From NCBI GenBank assembly GCA_026770705.1, contig JANJGN010000021.1, positions 100,812,001 through 100,876,000 of the forward strand: DNA of 64,000 nucleotides. The letters are read 5' to 3'. The notes beneath the pieces were generated by a model, which was not told the origin of the DNA, ran no database searches, and saw only the letters and a program-made list of their open reading frames with translations. This DNA comes from Isurus oxyrinchus. Taxonomy: Eukaryota. This document shows, one piece after another, positions 1-13,634 of the stretch (positions within the stretch are counted from its first letter, which is position 1; every line of letters begins with the position of its first letter). The position numbers were made by a program, and so were the translations under genes.

Positions 1-987
1 ATGGAATTTGAATTCAACAAAAAAAAAAATCTGGAATTAAAAGTCTGATGATGAAACCATTGTTGATTGTTGTAAAAACCCATCTGGTTTACTAATGCCC
101 TTTAGAGAAGAAAATCTGTTGTCTTACCTGGTCTGGCCTACGTGTGCCTACAGACACAGCAATGTGGTTGACTCTGCCCAAACAAACCACTCAGTTGTTA
201 AAAAAAAAACTGCTACAAAGTCACAAAAAAGGAACGAAACTAGACAGGCCACCTGGCATTGACAGAGGCACTGGAAATGACAACAGCAATCTCAACCCCG
301 CAAAGTCCTCCTTACTAATGCCTGGAGGATTAGTGCCAAAATTGAAAGAGCTGTCTCACAGGTGAGTCAAGCAATAGCCAGACATAGCCATCCCTATGGA
401 ATCATACCTTACAGATAATGTCCCAGACACCACCATCCCTGAATATGTCCTGTCCCACCAGCAGGATAGACCCAGCAGAGGTAGCAGCACAGCTCACCTG
501 AGGGAGTTGCCCTGAGAGCCCTCCACATCAACTTCGGCCCCCATGAAGTGGCATGGCATCAGGCCAAACTTGAACACCACCTGGAGGAAGCACTGAGAGT
601 GGCAAGGGTGCAGAATATACTCTGGGTGTGGGAATTTAATGTCCATCACCAAGAATGGCTGGGTATCACCACTGCTGACTGAGCTGGCCAAGTCCTAAAT
701 GATATAGCTGCTCAACTGGGTCTGCAACATGTGATGAGCGAAAAACATACTTGACCTCATCCTCACTAAATCCCCATCCTCACCCACCCTCAGAGCTTCC
801 TCCAAGTGGTGCTCAACATGGAGGTGCACTGATTCATCAGCTGAGGGAGGGTGGAACATGGTAATCAGCAGGAGGTTTCCTTGTCCATATTTGCCACAGA
901 TGTATCTGTCCATGGTAGTAACAGTAGGAGTGACCACCACACAGTCATTGTGGAGACCCAGTCCCGCCTTCACATTGATGATATCCT

Positions 988-1056
988 CCATTGTGTTGTG
1001 TGGCACTAACCCATTGTGTTGTGTGGCACTAACCCATTGTGTTGTGTGGCACTAAC
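988..1056 (+). repeat. Perfect 23-bp tandem triplication inside the LINE
   Basis: (CCATTGTGTTGTGTGGCACTAAC)x3. Confidence 0.95.
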
Positions 1057-2059
1057 ACCCTGCCACCGTGCTAAATGGGATAGATTGCCAACAGGTATAG
1101 CAATTCAAGACTGGGCATCCATGAGGCACTGTGGGCCATCAGCAGCAGCAGCAGCAGCAGCAGAATTGTACTCGATCATAAGCTGTAACCTCATGGCCTG
1201 GCATATCCCCAAGTCTAATATTGCCATCAAGCCAGGGAATCAACCCTGGTTCAATGAAGAGTGCAGGAGGGCACGCCAGGAGCAGCACCAGGCATACCTA
1301 AAAATGGGGTGTCGACCTGGTGAAGCGATAACACAGGACTACTTTTGTGCCAAACAGCATAAGCAGCAAGTGATAGACAGAGCTCAGCGATCCCACAACC
1401 AACCGATCAGATCTAAGCTTTGCAGTCCTGCCACATCCAGTCGTGAATGGTGGCGGACAATTAAACAACTCACTGGAGGAGGAGGCTCCACAAATATTCC
1501 CATCCTCAATGATGGAGGAGCCTAGCACATGAGTGCAAACGATAAGGCTGAATCATTTGCTACAATCTTCAGGCAGAAGTGTCGAGTGAACGATCAATCT
1601 AGGCCTCCTCTGGAGTTCCCCAACATCACAGGTGCCAGTCTTCAGCCAGTTAGATTCACTCCACGTGATATCAAGAAATGGCTGAAGGCACTGGATACTG
1701 CAAAGGCTATGGGCACTGACAATATTCCGGCAATCGTACTGAAGACTTGTGCCCCAGAACTTACCGGGCCCCTAGCCAAGATGTTCCAGTACATCTACAA
1801 CACTGGCATCTATCTGGCTATGTGGAAAATTGCCCAGGTATGTCCTGTACACAAAAAGCAGGACAAATCCAACCCGGCCAATTACCGCCCCATCAGTAAA
1901 GTAATGGAAGGGGTCATCAACAGTGATATCAAGCGGCAGTTGCTTAGCAATAACCTGCACAGTTTGGGTTCCGCCAGGGCCACTGAGCTCCTGACCTCAT
2001 TACAGCCATGGTTTAAACATGGACAAGAGAGCTGAACTCCCCAGGTGAGGTGAGAGTGA

Positions 2060-4484
2060 TGCACTCCGTTCTCCCAGGTCCAACCCTGACTTTGTCATTA
2101 AACCTGCTGAAAAGGGTAGTGCTGTTGTTGTCTGGTGCACTGATCTTTACCTCGCAGAGGCTGAGCGTCAACTCACAGACACTTCCTCCTACCTCCCCCT
2201 GGACCATGATCCCACCACTGAACACCAAGCCATTGTTTCCAGGACTGTCACTGACCTAATCTCCCCTGGAGATCTACCCTCCACAGCTTCCAACCTCATA
2301 GGCTCCCAACCTCAGACAGCCCGCTTCTATCTCCTACCCAAAATCCACAAACGGGACTGTCCAGGCAGACCAATTTTGTCAGCCTGTTCCTGCCTCATGG
2401 AACTAATTTCTTTCTATCTTGACTCCATTCTCTCTCCCCTTGTCCAGTCTCTTCCCACCCAGATCCGTGATTCCTCTGACAACCTACAACATATCAACAA
2501 TTCCCAGTTCCTTGGCCCCAACCGCCTTCTCTTCACCATGGATGTCCAATCCCTCGACACCTCTATCCCCCACCAGGATGGTTTGAGGGCTCTCCTCTTC
2601 TTCTTCGAACAGAGGCCCGAGCAATCCTCATCCATCACTACTCTCCTCCGTCTGGCTGAACCTGTTCTCTCACTGAACTTTTTCTCCTTAAACTCCTCTC
2701 ACTTTCTCCAAATTAATGTGTGGCTATGGGTACCCGCATGGGCCCCAGTTATGCCTGTCTCTTTATGGGGTATGTGGAAAATTCCTTGTTCCAGTCCTAC
2801 TCAGGCCCCCTTCCACAGCTCTTTCTCCGGTACATCGATGACTGCTTTGGTGCCGCTTCATGCTCTCGTCTGGATCTGGAAAAATTTATTAATTTTGCTT
2901 CCAATTTCCACCTCTCCATCATTTTCACATGGTCCATCACTGACACTTCCCTTCCCTTCCTTAACCTCTCAGTCTCAATCTCTGGTGATAGACTGTCCAC
3001 CAATATCCATTACAAACCTACTGACTCCCACAGCTACCTCGACTACAGCTCCTCATACCCTGCTTCCTGTAAGGACTCCATCCCATTCTCTCAATCCCTT
3101 CACCTCCGTCGCATCTGTTCTGATGATGCTACTTTCAAAAATAGTTCCTCTGACATGTCTTCCTTCTTCCTTAACCGAGGTTTTCCACCTACGGTGGTTG
3201 ACAGGGCCCTCAGCTGTGTCCAGCCCATCTCCCGTGCATCCATCCTCACACCTTCTCCTCCCTCCCAGAAACATGATAGGGTTTCGCTTGTCCTTACTGA
3301 TCACCCCACCAGCCTCTGCATTAAAAAGATAATTCTTTGCCATTTCCGCTAACTCCAGCATGATGCCACCACCAAACACATCTTCCTTTCACCCCCCACA
3401 CCCCGCCCCCCCCCCCCCCCCCCCCCCGCCCCCCCCCCCCCCCCCCCCCACCCTGTGGCTTTCCACAGGGATTGTTCCCTCCAGGACACCCTGGTCCACT
3501 CCTCCATCACCCCGTACACCTCAACCCCCTCCCACGGTACCTTCCCATGCAACTGCAGAAGGTGCAACACCTGCCCCTTTACTTCCCCCTCCTCACCGTC
3601 CATGGGCCTAAACACTCCTTTCAAGTGAAGCAGCATTTCACTTGCACTTCCCTCAATTTAGTCTACTGCATTCGTTGCTTCCAATGCAGTCTCATCTACA
3701 TTGGAGAGACCAAACGCAGACAGGGTGACCACTTTGCAGAACACCTTCAGTCTATCGGCAAGCATGACCCAGACCTCCCTGTCACTTGAAATTTCAACAC
3801 GCCACCCTGGTCTCATGCCCACATGTCTGTCCTTGGCCTGCTGCAATGTTCCAGTGAAGCTCAACACAAACTGGAGGAACAGCACCTCATCTTCCAACTA
3901 GACACTTTACAGCCTTCCGGACTTAATATTGAGTTCAACAACTTCAGATCATGAACTTGCTCCTCCATCCCCACCCCCTTTCCGATCCCCCCTTTTCCAA
4001 TAATTTATAATTTCTTCAAAATATTTTTTCTTTTCCTTCGTATTTTAAAATTTATTTCGATCTATAGTTTTATCTCCACCTTTTAGCCAATTTTGATCCC
4101 TTCCTCCACCCCACCCCACCCCCAATGGGGCCATCTGCCACTTGCTTGTCCTGCTTGCTACCCTTAATCTCCTGATTAGTACATTCCTTAGATAATGTCA
4201 CCACTGTCAACACCACTTTGTCCTTTTGTCTATGACATCTTTGGCAATCTCTTCTTTACCTCCACCTATCACTGGCCCTCTATCCAGCTCTAACTGTCCT
4301 AACCCCCCTCTGCCAGCATATATTTCACCTCATTTCTCTATTTCCTTAGTTCTGATGAAGAGTCATACGGACTCGAAACGTCAGCTGTGTTCCTCTCCGC
4401 AGATGCTGTTAGGCCTGCTGAGTTTTTCCAGCCGTTTTTGTTTTTGTTTCAGATTTCCAGCATCCGCAGTATTTTGCTATTTTA
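2060..4484 (+). mobile_element. Penelope-like retroelement (RT + GIY-YIG + 3' pseudo-LTR)
   Basis: AMGTRMGPSYA, RYIDD, NLVYCIRC..IYIGETKRR; TSD TGAGAGTGA at 2051-2059 and 4485-4493. Confidence 0.92.
4348..4386 (+). ncRNA. Minimal type I hammerhead ribozyme motif in Penelope pseudo-LTR
   Basis: AGTT-CTGATGA-A-GAGTC-ATACG-GACTC-GAAA-CG-TC-AGCT: core, 5-bp stem II, GUC cleavage triplet, stem I AGTT/AGCT. Confidence 0.75.
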
Positions 4485-5614
4485 TGAGAGTGACTGCTTT
4501 TGACATCAAGGCCGTATTTGACTGAGTGTGACAAGGAGCCCTAGCAAAACTGGAGTCAATGAGAATCAAGGGGAAAACTCTCCACTGGTTGGAGTCATAC
4601 TTAACACAAAAGAAGATGGTTGTGGTTGTTGGAGCTCAGTCATCTCAGCTGCAGAACATTACTGCAGGAGTTCCTCAGGGTAGTGTCCTTGGCCCAACCA
4701 TCTTCAGCTGTTTCATCAATGACCTTCCTTCCATCATAAGGGCAGAAGTGGGGATGTTCACTGATGGTTGCACAATGTTCAGCACCATTCGTGACTCCTC
4801 AGATACTGAAGCAGTCCATCCCCAAATGCAGCAAGAGCTGGACAATATCCAGGCTTGGTCTGACAGGTGGCAAGTAACATTTGCACCACACAACTGTCAG
4901 GCAATAATCATCTCCAACAAAAAAGAACCCAACCTTCGCCCCTTGATGTTCAATGGCATTATCATCACTGAATCCCCCACTATCAACATCCTGGGAGTTA
5001 TCATTGACCAGAAACTGAACTGGACTAGCCATGTAAATACTGTGGCTACAAGAGCAGGTCAGAGACTAGGAATCATGCAACAAGTAACTCACCTCTTGGC
5101 TCCCCAGAGACTGACCACCATCTACAAGGCACAAGTCAGGAGTTTGATGGAATACTCCCCATTTGCCTGGATGAGTGTAGCTCCCACAACACTCAAGAAG
5201 CTTGACATGGTCCAGGACAAAGCAGCCCACTTGATTAGCACCAGATCCACAAACATTTACTCTCTCCATCTACAATATGCACTGCAGGAATTCACCAAGG
5301 CTCCTTAGCCAGCACCTTCCAAAACCACAACCACTAGCATCTAGAAGGACAAGGGCAGCAGATAGATAGAAACACCACCACCTCGAAGTTCCCCTCCAAG
5401 CCACTCCCCACCCTGACTTGGAAATATATCACCATTCCTTCACTGTCGCTGGGTCAAATTCCTGGAAACCCCTTCCTAACAGTACCGTGGGTGTACCTAC
5501 GCCACATGGACTGCAGCAGTTCAAGAAGGCAGCTCACCACTACCTTCTTGAGGGCAACTAGGAAAGGGCAATAAATGCTGGTCCAGCCAGCGAAACCCAC
5601 ATCCTATGAATAAT

Positions 5615-6180
5615 ACATGCACTATTCACTGCATATATTCAATGTGAGTCATACAGGGCCCCCAGGGGGCCTATACAATTCTCAGCCCCTCGGTGCACTA
5701 TGACAGAAAGGTCTTAGACATTGACATTTCCCCACTGTGCCTTTGTGGCAGCTGCCCCAAGCTTTAGTGTGCCCCGCAGCACATAGTCCTGGACCTTGTA
5801 ATGTGCCAGCCTGCAACACTCGGTCGGGGACAACACTTTGCACTGGAAGACCAACAAGTTTCGTGCAGACCAAAAAGCATCTTGCACCAAATTGATGATG
5901 CTCCAGTTGCAGTTGCTGTTTGCCTCAGTGTGTGTCCCTGGGAACAGCCCGTAGAGCCCCTTGGGTTGTATATACCAGAGGATGTTTGACCTGAAATGCA
6001 AATATGTGCATGAAATGTAAATGTTACCTGTAATACTAAGTGCAGTGAGGTGCCTCAGAGTGTCACAGTCTGCATTGAAAGTGAACTGTATTGCACTTTA
6101 TGTGATGTCAAAAGCTGAACTATTGTGTAATGTACTTTTACAAATGTTATGAATAAAGCATATTCTTTGAAACAAAAAAT
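5615..6180. mobile_element. L1/Tx1-like LINE 3' end with internal inversion
   Basis: Minus-strand ORF2 C-terminus-like WSARNLLVFQ (5714-6001) abutting a plus-strand AATAAA/A-tail (6152-6179). Confidence 0.55.
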
Positions 6181-6756
6181 CACAAAGCAATTGCATGACT
6201 GCAGTCTGAATGTTAAGACAATTCACCTGATGTTGCTTAAGAATTGTCCATCTGGATATCTGTGATTCATCTTTGAGGCTTCACTGAAGATTCAAAACTT
6301 CCAGGCGAGCTGTAAACCTCCACGCTGGTCCTCCTACTAGTGAGTATTGGACCTATTAACCACATGTAGAACTCTGAATGCTGCCATTTGTCAAGGAGTG
6401 CCAGATGTGTCATTGGTTCTTGAACCTGTCAATCACAAAGGATGAAAACCAGGGCACTGGTCTTTTGCCTCTCAAAATCCAAAGCCTTACAGTCTGAGGA
6501 ATCTGTGGAGGCATGTCTAGTGTTGATCTGGACAGGGCTACTGGCAATCTCAGGGATGAGGGCACTGCCACCTCTCTCCCCACCTCCAGCCTGTCTTGCT
6601 AACACAACAATTAGCCAGCAGTGTCACCAGCTCTGGTCGGCATTACTCCAGGAGCTTTCACCGCAGGACCTCCCGTTGCCTCCAAGGCCCCACCCCCACT
6701 CGCCTGTCATTGGCCGTCCAAAGTGCTTTCGTCACCCTTGATGGTCAATTGATTAA

Positions 6757-7183
6757 AAACTTGCATTTATATAGGGCTTTTCACAGCCACCAGACATCTC
6801 AAAGTGCTTTACAGCCAATGAAGCACTTTTAAAGTGCAGGCATTTTTGTGTGTAGGAAATATAGTGCCCAAGGTGTGCACAGCAAGATCCCACAATGTGT
6901 TAAGGGTCGGATCATCTGTTTTTGAAATGTTGATTGAGGGGTAAACGTTGGCCAGGACACTGGGGAGAACTCTCCTGGCTCACTGAAACAGTACCTTGGG
7001 ATCTTTTCCGTCCACCTAAGCATGTTTAACATCTCACCTGAAAGAAGGCACCTCCAATAGTGCAGCACTCCCTCAGTATACAATGGAGCATCAGCTTAGA
7101 TTTTTGGATCCAAAGCCCTGGAGTGGGGCTTGAACTGGAAAACCTTGTGATTCAGTAGCTGCCACCTGAGCCATGGCTGACAC
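6757..7183 (-). mobile_element. tRNA-derived Deu-domain-like SINE with L2-type tail (similar to SacSINE1); related copies ~12222-12970, ~51870-52200, ~61370-61760
   Basis: aacttgcatttatatag tail, cactccctcagta core, gagccatggctgacac head. Confidence 0.65.
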
Positions 7184-7384
7184 GCAATCAAGCAGCTTTC
7201 CGACCAGTTATAATTTTATAACTATTAAATGAAAATCCTCAAGAAAATGAACAAAATATTAGTTATTTCAATACATCAATAGTTTGCCTCCTTGGTTGCT
7301 TGCAATAGGGTCCTGGAGATTAATCTTCAATTCCTGGAGACTCCAGGTGAGCATTGGGAGTGAGTTAACCCTATGTGCAAGGAA

Positions 7385-9600
7385 GTGGCCAGGGACAGTC
7401 AGCTACAATAGCGCAAAACCAGGAGGCATCATGCAATCTTTGAACGTGGACCTCGCCAGCAAGGACAGCATTATTGCCCATACCTAACTGTAACCTCAAG
7501 GCCCAGCATATTCTCCAAGCTAGCATTACAATCAAGCCAGGGGATCAACCCTGGTTTAGTAAAGAGTGAAGGAGATCATGCTAGGAGCAGTATCAGAGCC
7601 TACATGAAAATGAGGTGTCAACTTGGTGAGGCTACAACATGGGAGGACTTCCGCACCAAACCATGGAAGCAACAAGCGATAGGCAGAGCTAAGCAATCCC
7701 ACAACCAACAGGTCAGATTAACCCTGTCACATATCTGAGCATGTATGATGGTGGACAATTAAACAATTAACCAGAGGATGAGGCCCCATCCTCAATTATG
7801 GGGGAGTCCAGTACCTCGGTGCAAAAGACAAGGCTGGAGTATTGGTAACCCATCTTCAGCCAGAAATGCTGAGTGGATGATCCATCACAGCCTCCCCCAG
7901 ACATTCCCCAGTATCACAGATGCCAGTCTTCAGCCAATTCAATTCACTCCACGTGATATCAAGAAATGGCTTAAGGCACTGGACACTGCAAAGTCTAGGA
8001 GCCCTGACAACATCCCGGCAGTAATACTGAAAACTTGTTCTCCACAACTAGCCACACCACAGTCAAGCTTCTCCAATACAGCTACAACATAAGCATCTAT
8101 CCCGCAATGTGGCATGCCCTATCCACAAAAAGCAGGACATATCCAACCCAGCCAATTACCGCCACATCAGTCTACTCTTGATCATCAGCAAAGTGTTGGA
8201 AGATGTTGCCAGCAGTGTTGTCAAGTGGTACTTACTCAGCAATAACCTGCTCACTGCCGGTCAATTTGGGTTCCGTCAGGGCCACTTAGCTCCTCACCTC
8301 ATTAAAGCCTTGGTCCAAACATGGACAAAAGAGCTGAACTCACTTGGTGAGAGTGACTGCCTTTGGCATCAAGGTAGCATTTGACCGAGAGTTTCATTAA
8401 GGAGCCTTGACAAAATTTAATTGGGGGAAATTCTCCACTAGTTTGAGTCATACTGAGCATGAAAAAAGATGGCTGTGGTTGGAGGTCAATCATCTCAGTC
8501 CCAGGCCATTGTTGCAGGAGTTCCTAAGGGTAGTGTCCTAGGTCCAACCATCTTCAACTGCTTCACCAATGACCTTCCATCAATCATAAGGTCATAAGTG
8601 GGGACTTCACTGATGATTGTCTTTCACAACCATTCACAACTCCTCAGATACTAACGCAGTCCATATCCATATGCAGCAAGACATGGACAATATTCAGTTT
8701 TGGACTGATAAGTGGCAAATAATCTTCCTGTCATACAAGTGCCAGGCAATGACTATCTCCAGCAAAAGAGAAACTAATCATTTCCCCTTGACGTTACCAT
8801 CACTGAATCCCCCACTATGTACATCCTGGGGGGTTAGCACTGACCAAAAATGCAATTGGACCAACCATATAAGTAATGTGGACACAAGAACAGGTCAGAG
8901 GTTGGCAATTCTGTGGCAAGTAACTCACGTCCTGATTCCCCAATGCCTGTCCACCATCTACAAGGCACAAGTTAGTCGTGTGATGAATACTCTCCACTTG
9001 CCTAGTGCAGCTCCCACAACACTCAAAAAGCTCAACATCATCCAGGACAAGAGTAGCTTGCTTGATTGGCACCCCATCCTTAAACATTCACTCCCTCCTG
9101 CAAAGTACAGTTCCAGCACTGTTTTATTTAATGCTTTCATGGGATGCGGGCATCACTGGCTAGCTCAGCATTTTTATTGCCCATCTGTATTTGTTCTCAA
9201 GAAGGTGGTGGTGAACTGCCTTCTTGAACAACTGCAGTCCATGTGATGTAGGTACACCCACTGTGCTATTAGGAAGGGAGCTCCAGGATTTTGACCCAGC
9301 AACAATAAAGGGATGGCGACATATTTCCAAATCATATGGTGAGTGGCTTGGAGGGGAACTTCTTGGTGGTAGTGTTCCCACCTGTCTGCTGCCCTTGTCC
9401 TTCCAGGTGATAAAGGTCATGGGTTTGGAAGGTGCTGCCAAAGAAACCTTGGTGAGTTCCTGCAGTGTACCTTGTAGATGGTAAACTCTGCTGCTACTGT
9501 GCCTCACTGGTGGAGGGAATAAATATTGAAGGTGGTGGACGGGGTGCCAATCAACCAGGCTGCTTTGTCCTGGATAGTGTCAAGCTTCTTGAGTGCTGCT
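7385..9600 (+). mobile_element. Second decayed copy of the CR1-group LINE, with its 3' part inverted (~9120-9600)
   Basis: Fragments homologous to 1100-5600; 9120-9600 is the reverse complement of the 3' end. Confidence 0.85.
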
Positions 9601-10504
9601 CAGCTGTGTATCATTGGGATTGCAGTCTCCAGGAATCGAGATCAAGGTCCAGGACAGTGCTATGTGCAATCCTGGAGAAAAAGCATTGGGACGTTAAAAA
9701 ACATGTTTTTCTTTCATTTCCTTTGAACATTTCTCTTTACCGTATAAACATTTTGAGAATGAGGGTAAAAAAGCTGTTTGGATGACAGTGAAGCATCATG
9801 CAATTGGGTGATGAGTCTTTTTGCTTTCCAGGTGGCATTAGGAAGGCAGTGCATCACAAGGATGGGACGTGTCAGCCGATTAATGCTGGAGCGTGGGGGC
9901 AAGTCATGTGATGAAACCTCCAGGGATACAGTTAAGCACAGTTGGCAACCCTACAGTTGCATAAAATGAATAGAGAGCATTAAACAAAAGTTTCAGACTG
10001 TAATTTTGAACTTAACTCACTGAGTGGGAATCGCATGGGGTCAGGTGGAATTTTGAGTTTATATCCCGTCCAATATTCCTGGTTGGCTTCAACGGGGAGC
10101 AAAATTGGGCGGCGTTGAAACTGAAATTGCATCCAATCCCATCAGTTTCCCCCCTCTCCCCAACATCCCTCCGCCCCCACCCCACCCGGATTACTTTAAA
10201 TCCTGGTGGAATCGCTTGGCGCAGTGAACTGTATTCAGTAGTAAAAAAAAACACAGAAATTGGAAATGAAAACAGAAAATGCTAGAAACTGTCAGCAGAT
10301 CTGGCAGCATCTGTGGGGAGAGGAACTTTCTGATTTCATTTCCCATTTCCAGCATCTGCAGAATTTTGTTTTTGTGTTGCATTCAATCCGGGTCAGAAGG
10401 CGACGTGGGATCTTTAAAATTGAACGCACCCAGCTTAACTGGGTGTTGCACACTTTATCCAGACCAGTGGAAGATGGACTATCTCTTTAAATGACCTTTG
10501 ATTG

Positions 10505-11890
10505 TCACTGGATCAGCATTCCAGAGGCCCAGGGTAATGCTCTGGGGACCCGAGTATGAATCCCACCACAGCAACAGGTGGAATTTGAATTCAATAAAAT
10601 CCTGGAATTAAAAGTCTAATGATGAACATGAAACCATTGTCACTAAGATAAAAGCAAAAAACTGCGGATGCTGGAAATCCAAAACAAAAGCAAAAATACC
10701 TGGAAAAACTCAGCAGATCTGACAGCATCTGCGGAATGGAGCACAGTTAACGTTTCGATTCCGAATGACCCTTCAACAGAACTAAGTAAAAATAGAAGAG
10801 AAGTGAAATATAAGCTGGTTTAAGGGTGGGGGTGGGGAGGGGGGGAGGGGATCAAGTAGAGCTGGATAGAGGGCCAATGATAGGTGGAGATAACCAAAAA
10901 ATGTCACTGACAAAAGGACAAAGAGGTGTTGAAGGTGGTGATATTATCTAAGGAATGTGCTAACTAAAGGTAGAAGGAGGACGAGCAAGGTACAGATAGC
11001 CCTAGTGGGGGTGGGGTGGGGTGAAGGAATCAAAAGAGGCTAAAAGGTAGAGATAAAATAATGGATGGAAATACATTTAAAAATAATGGAAGTAGATCGG
11101 AAAATAAAACTCTATATAAGTTATTGGAAAAAAAGGGGGAATCGGAAAGGGGGTGGGGTTGGAGGAGAGAGTTCATGATCTAAAATTGTTGAACTCAAAT
11201 ATTCAGTCTGGAAGGCTGTAAAGTGCCTAGTCGTGTTTTTTCCCAATAATTTATGTAGATTTTTCTTTTCCCACCTACTTCCATTATTTTTATATGTATT
11301 TCCATCCATTGTTTTATCTCTACCTTTTAGCCTTTTCTGATTCCTTCACCCCACCCCACCCCCACTAGGGCTATCTGTACCTTGCTTGTCCTGCTTTCTA
11401 CCCTTAATTAGCACATTCCTTAGATAATATCACCACCTTCAACACCTCTTTGTCCTTTTGTCTGTGACATCTTTTGGTTATCTCCACCTATCACTGGCCT
11501 CTATCCAGCTCTACTTGTCCCACCCCCCCGAAACCAGTTTATATTTCACCTCTCTTCTATTTTTACTTAGTTCTGTTGAAGGGTCATCCAGACTTGAAAC
11601 ATTAACTGTGCTCCTCTCTACAGATGCTGCCAAACCTGCTGAGTTTTTCCAGGTATTTTTGTTTTTTGTTATGAAACCATTGTCGATTGTTGTAAAAACC
11701 CATATTGTTCACTAATGTCCTTTAGAGAAGGAGATCTGCCATCCTTATCTGGTCTAGTCTGCATCGACTCCAAACCCACACAATGTGGTTGACTCTTAAA
11801 ATGTCCTCTGAACAAGGGTAGTTAGGGTTGGGCAATAAATGCTGACCTAGCCAGTGATGCCCACATCCCATGAATGAATAAATAAAAAAT
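10505..11890 (+). mobile_element. tRNA-like SINE split by an inverted Penelope pseudo-LTR insertion
   Basis: SINE halves 10505-10641 and 11671-11890 match copies at 29435, 30500 and 36765. Confidence 0.8.
10642..11670. mobile_element. Fold-back Penelope pseudo-LTR insertion
   Basis: Minus then plus pLTR arms; 14-bp TSD ATGAAACCATTGTC at 10628-10641 and 11671-11684; hammerhead-like motifs at 10745-10783 (-) and 11569-11607 (+). Confidence 0.85.
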
Positions 11891-12999
11891 GACCTTTGAT
11901 ACACTTGGTGTAATATACACCTATGAAAGAGAGACTTTAGTGTCGTATCAGAGTCCCAGTGTGATCAGCTCCAGAGTTCCAGTGTGATCCATCCCAGGCT
12001 TTCAGGGCAGCTGCTGCTCTTGGCATTTTGAGGCTGAGGAGCTGTGTGTTTGGAGGAAGTCACAGAGTTGAACTTCAGGCTCCTCCGAGCATCCTGTTTA
12101 CAACTGTCAGGGAGAGTTAAAACTAGCTGAGAATGGGGGAAGTCACAGAGACAGCAGAGTCGGTGAGACTCTGCACACCAGCCCTCACACACTACTCAAA
12201 GGCAGCTTGTCATTATATTGAAAGGAAAGACTTGCATTTATGTTGTGCTTTTCACGACCACTGCTTGACAGCCACTGAAGTACTTTTGATGTGTAGTCTC
12301 TGTTGTTACACAGGAAATGCATCAGCCAATTGTGTGCACAGCATCACAGCAAAGTGATCATGACCAAATGATCTATTTTTTTTAAAAGTTGGTCATCGGA
12401 GGTATTTGTAAGCAGATGCCAATAATGAGTGTTTTCATTTTACTTGGACCTCATTGTGATTGGTGAATTGATTGGTTAATCTTGAAAGGGAGGAAATAAT
12501 AACATGCATGATCGGGCGGGGGTGGCGGGGGTGGGGGTGGTGGTGGGTGTTGTTCTGCGGATGGGGTGGGGGAGGGGGAGAGTGGAGGGGATGGGGTGGG
12601 GTGGGGTTGGGTGGTGGGGTTGGGAAAAGTGGCCTGGAGACAGGAGAAACAGCAGGGCCCATCATTTCTCTCCCAGGTCGGGTTAAAGGGTAGATATTGG
12701 TCAGGACATGAGGGATAACTCCCGTGTTCTTTGAAGTAGTGCCCTGGGATCCTTTACACCCAGCCGAGCAGGCAGATGGGTCTTTGGTTTAGACCAGAGG
12801 CGGCACCAGCTCCTATAGTGCATGCCTCCACACCCCCCCCCCCCCACCCCCTACCCCCCAACCCCTGCGTCAGTACAGCATTGACTTGTTAGCCTGCATT
12901 TATGTGCCCAAGCCCTAGAGAGGGACTTGAACTCAAAAAGCAAGAGTTCAAGTGAGCCACCGCTGACACAAAAGATAACAGGCAGATGATCTAAAAGGC

Positions 13000-13490
13000 T
13001 TGGTCAAAGGGGTTGGTTTTAAGGAGTGGAAGAGTGGCCGCAAAACAAAGAGGATTCGAGAGGGGATTCTAGAGCTTGGGGTCAAGGCAGCTGGGCACAG
13101 CCACCAATGGTGGAGCAATTAAAATCAGAGACTGGAAAAGAGGTCGGAAGTAGGGGAGCACAGAAATCTTGGAATACTGTAGAGCTGGAAGTGAGGACAC
13201 TGAGGGATTTGAAAGCGAGGATGAGAATTTTAAGCTGAAGATGTCGCTTGGCTGGAAGCCAATGTAGGTCAGCGAGCACAGGGGTAGTAGAGGGTGCTGC
13301 GAGGTCGGGACACAGTCAGCAGAGTTTTGGATGAACTTAAGTTTGCAGAAGGTAGAATGTGGGAGGCAGGTCAGGAGTGTTTTGGAGTGGTCAGGTCTGG
13401 GGGTGACAAAGGCATTGGTGAAGGTTCCAGTAGAAGGGGAGCTCAGGCAGGGGAGGAGATGGGTGATGTTACCGAGGTGGGAGTAGGTGG
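13000..13490 (-). mobile_element. L2 LINE 3' fragment
   Basis: LADLHWLP..LKILILAFKSL motif. Confidence 0.7.
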
Positions 13491-13634
13491 AGGGGGAGAA
13501 GGGCTGGAAGCAAGAAGCCTTATCATACCAACTGGATAATCCATGAGGTTAGTTTGGTTTGGTGCATGAGGCTTGATGACACTTAGAAGGCTCACTCGGC
13601 AGATACCTGGTGTGGGATGGGCGAGGGGGTGGTG

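Larger units (their letters stand above)
1..5612 (+). mobile_element. Decayed CR1-group LINE (APE endonuclease + RT), interrupted by a Penelope element
   Basis: PWFNEEC, KAMGTDNIP, NPANYRPIS, GVPQGSVLGP, YKAQVRSLMEYSP; 3' tail gggcaataaatgctgg...cccacatcc. Confidence 0.9.

Noticed and set aside
1139-1163. (CAG)n as a coding polyQ/polyA tract
   Set aside because: Slippage expansion inside a dead LINE
2376-3332. 318-aa ORF as a host gene
   Set aside because: Frameshifted Penelope RT sequence
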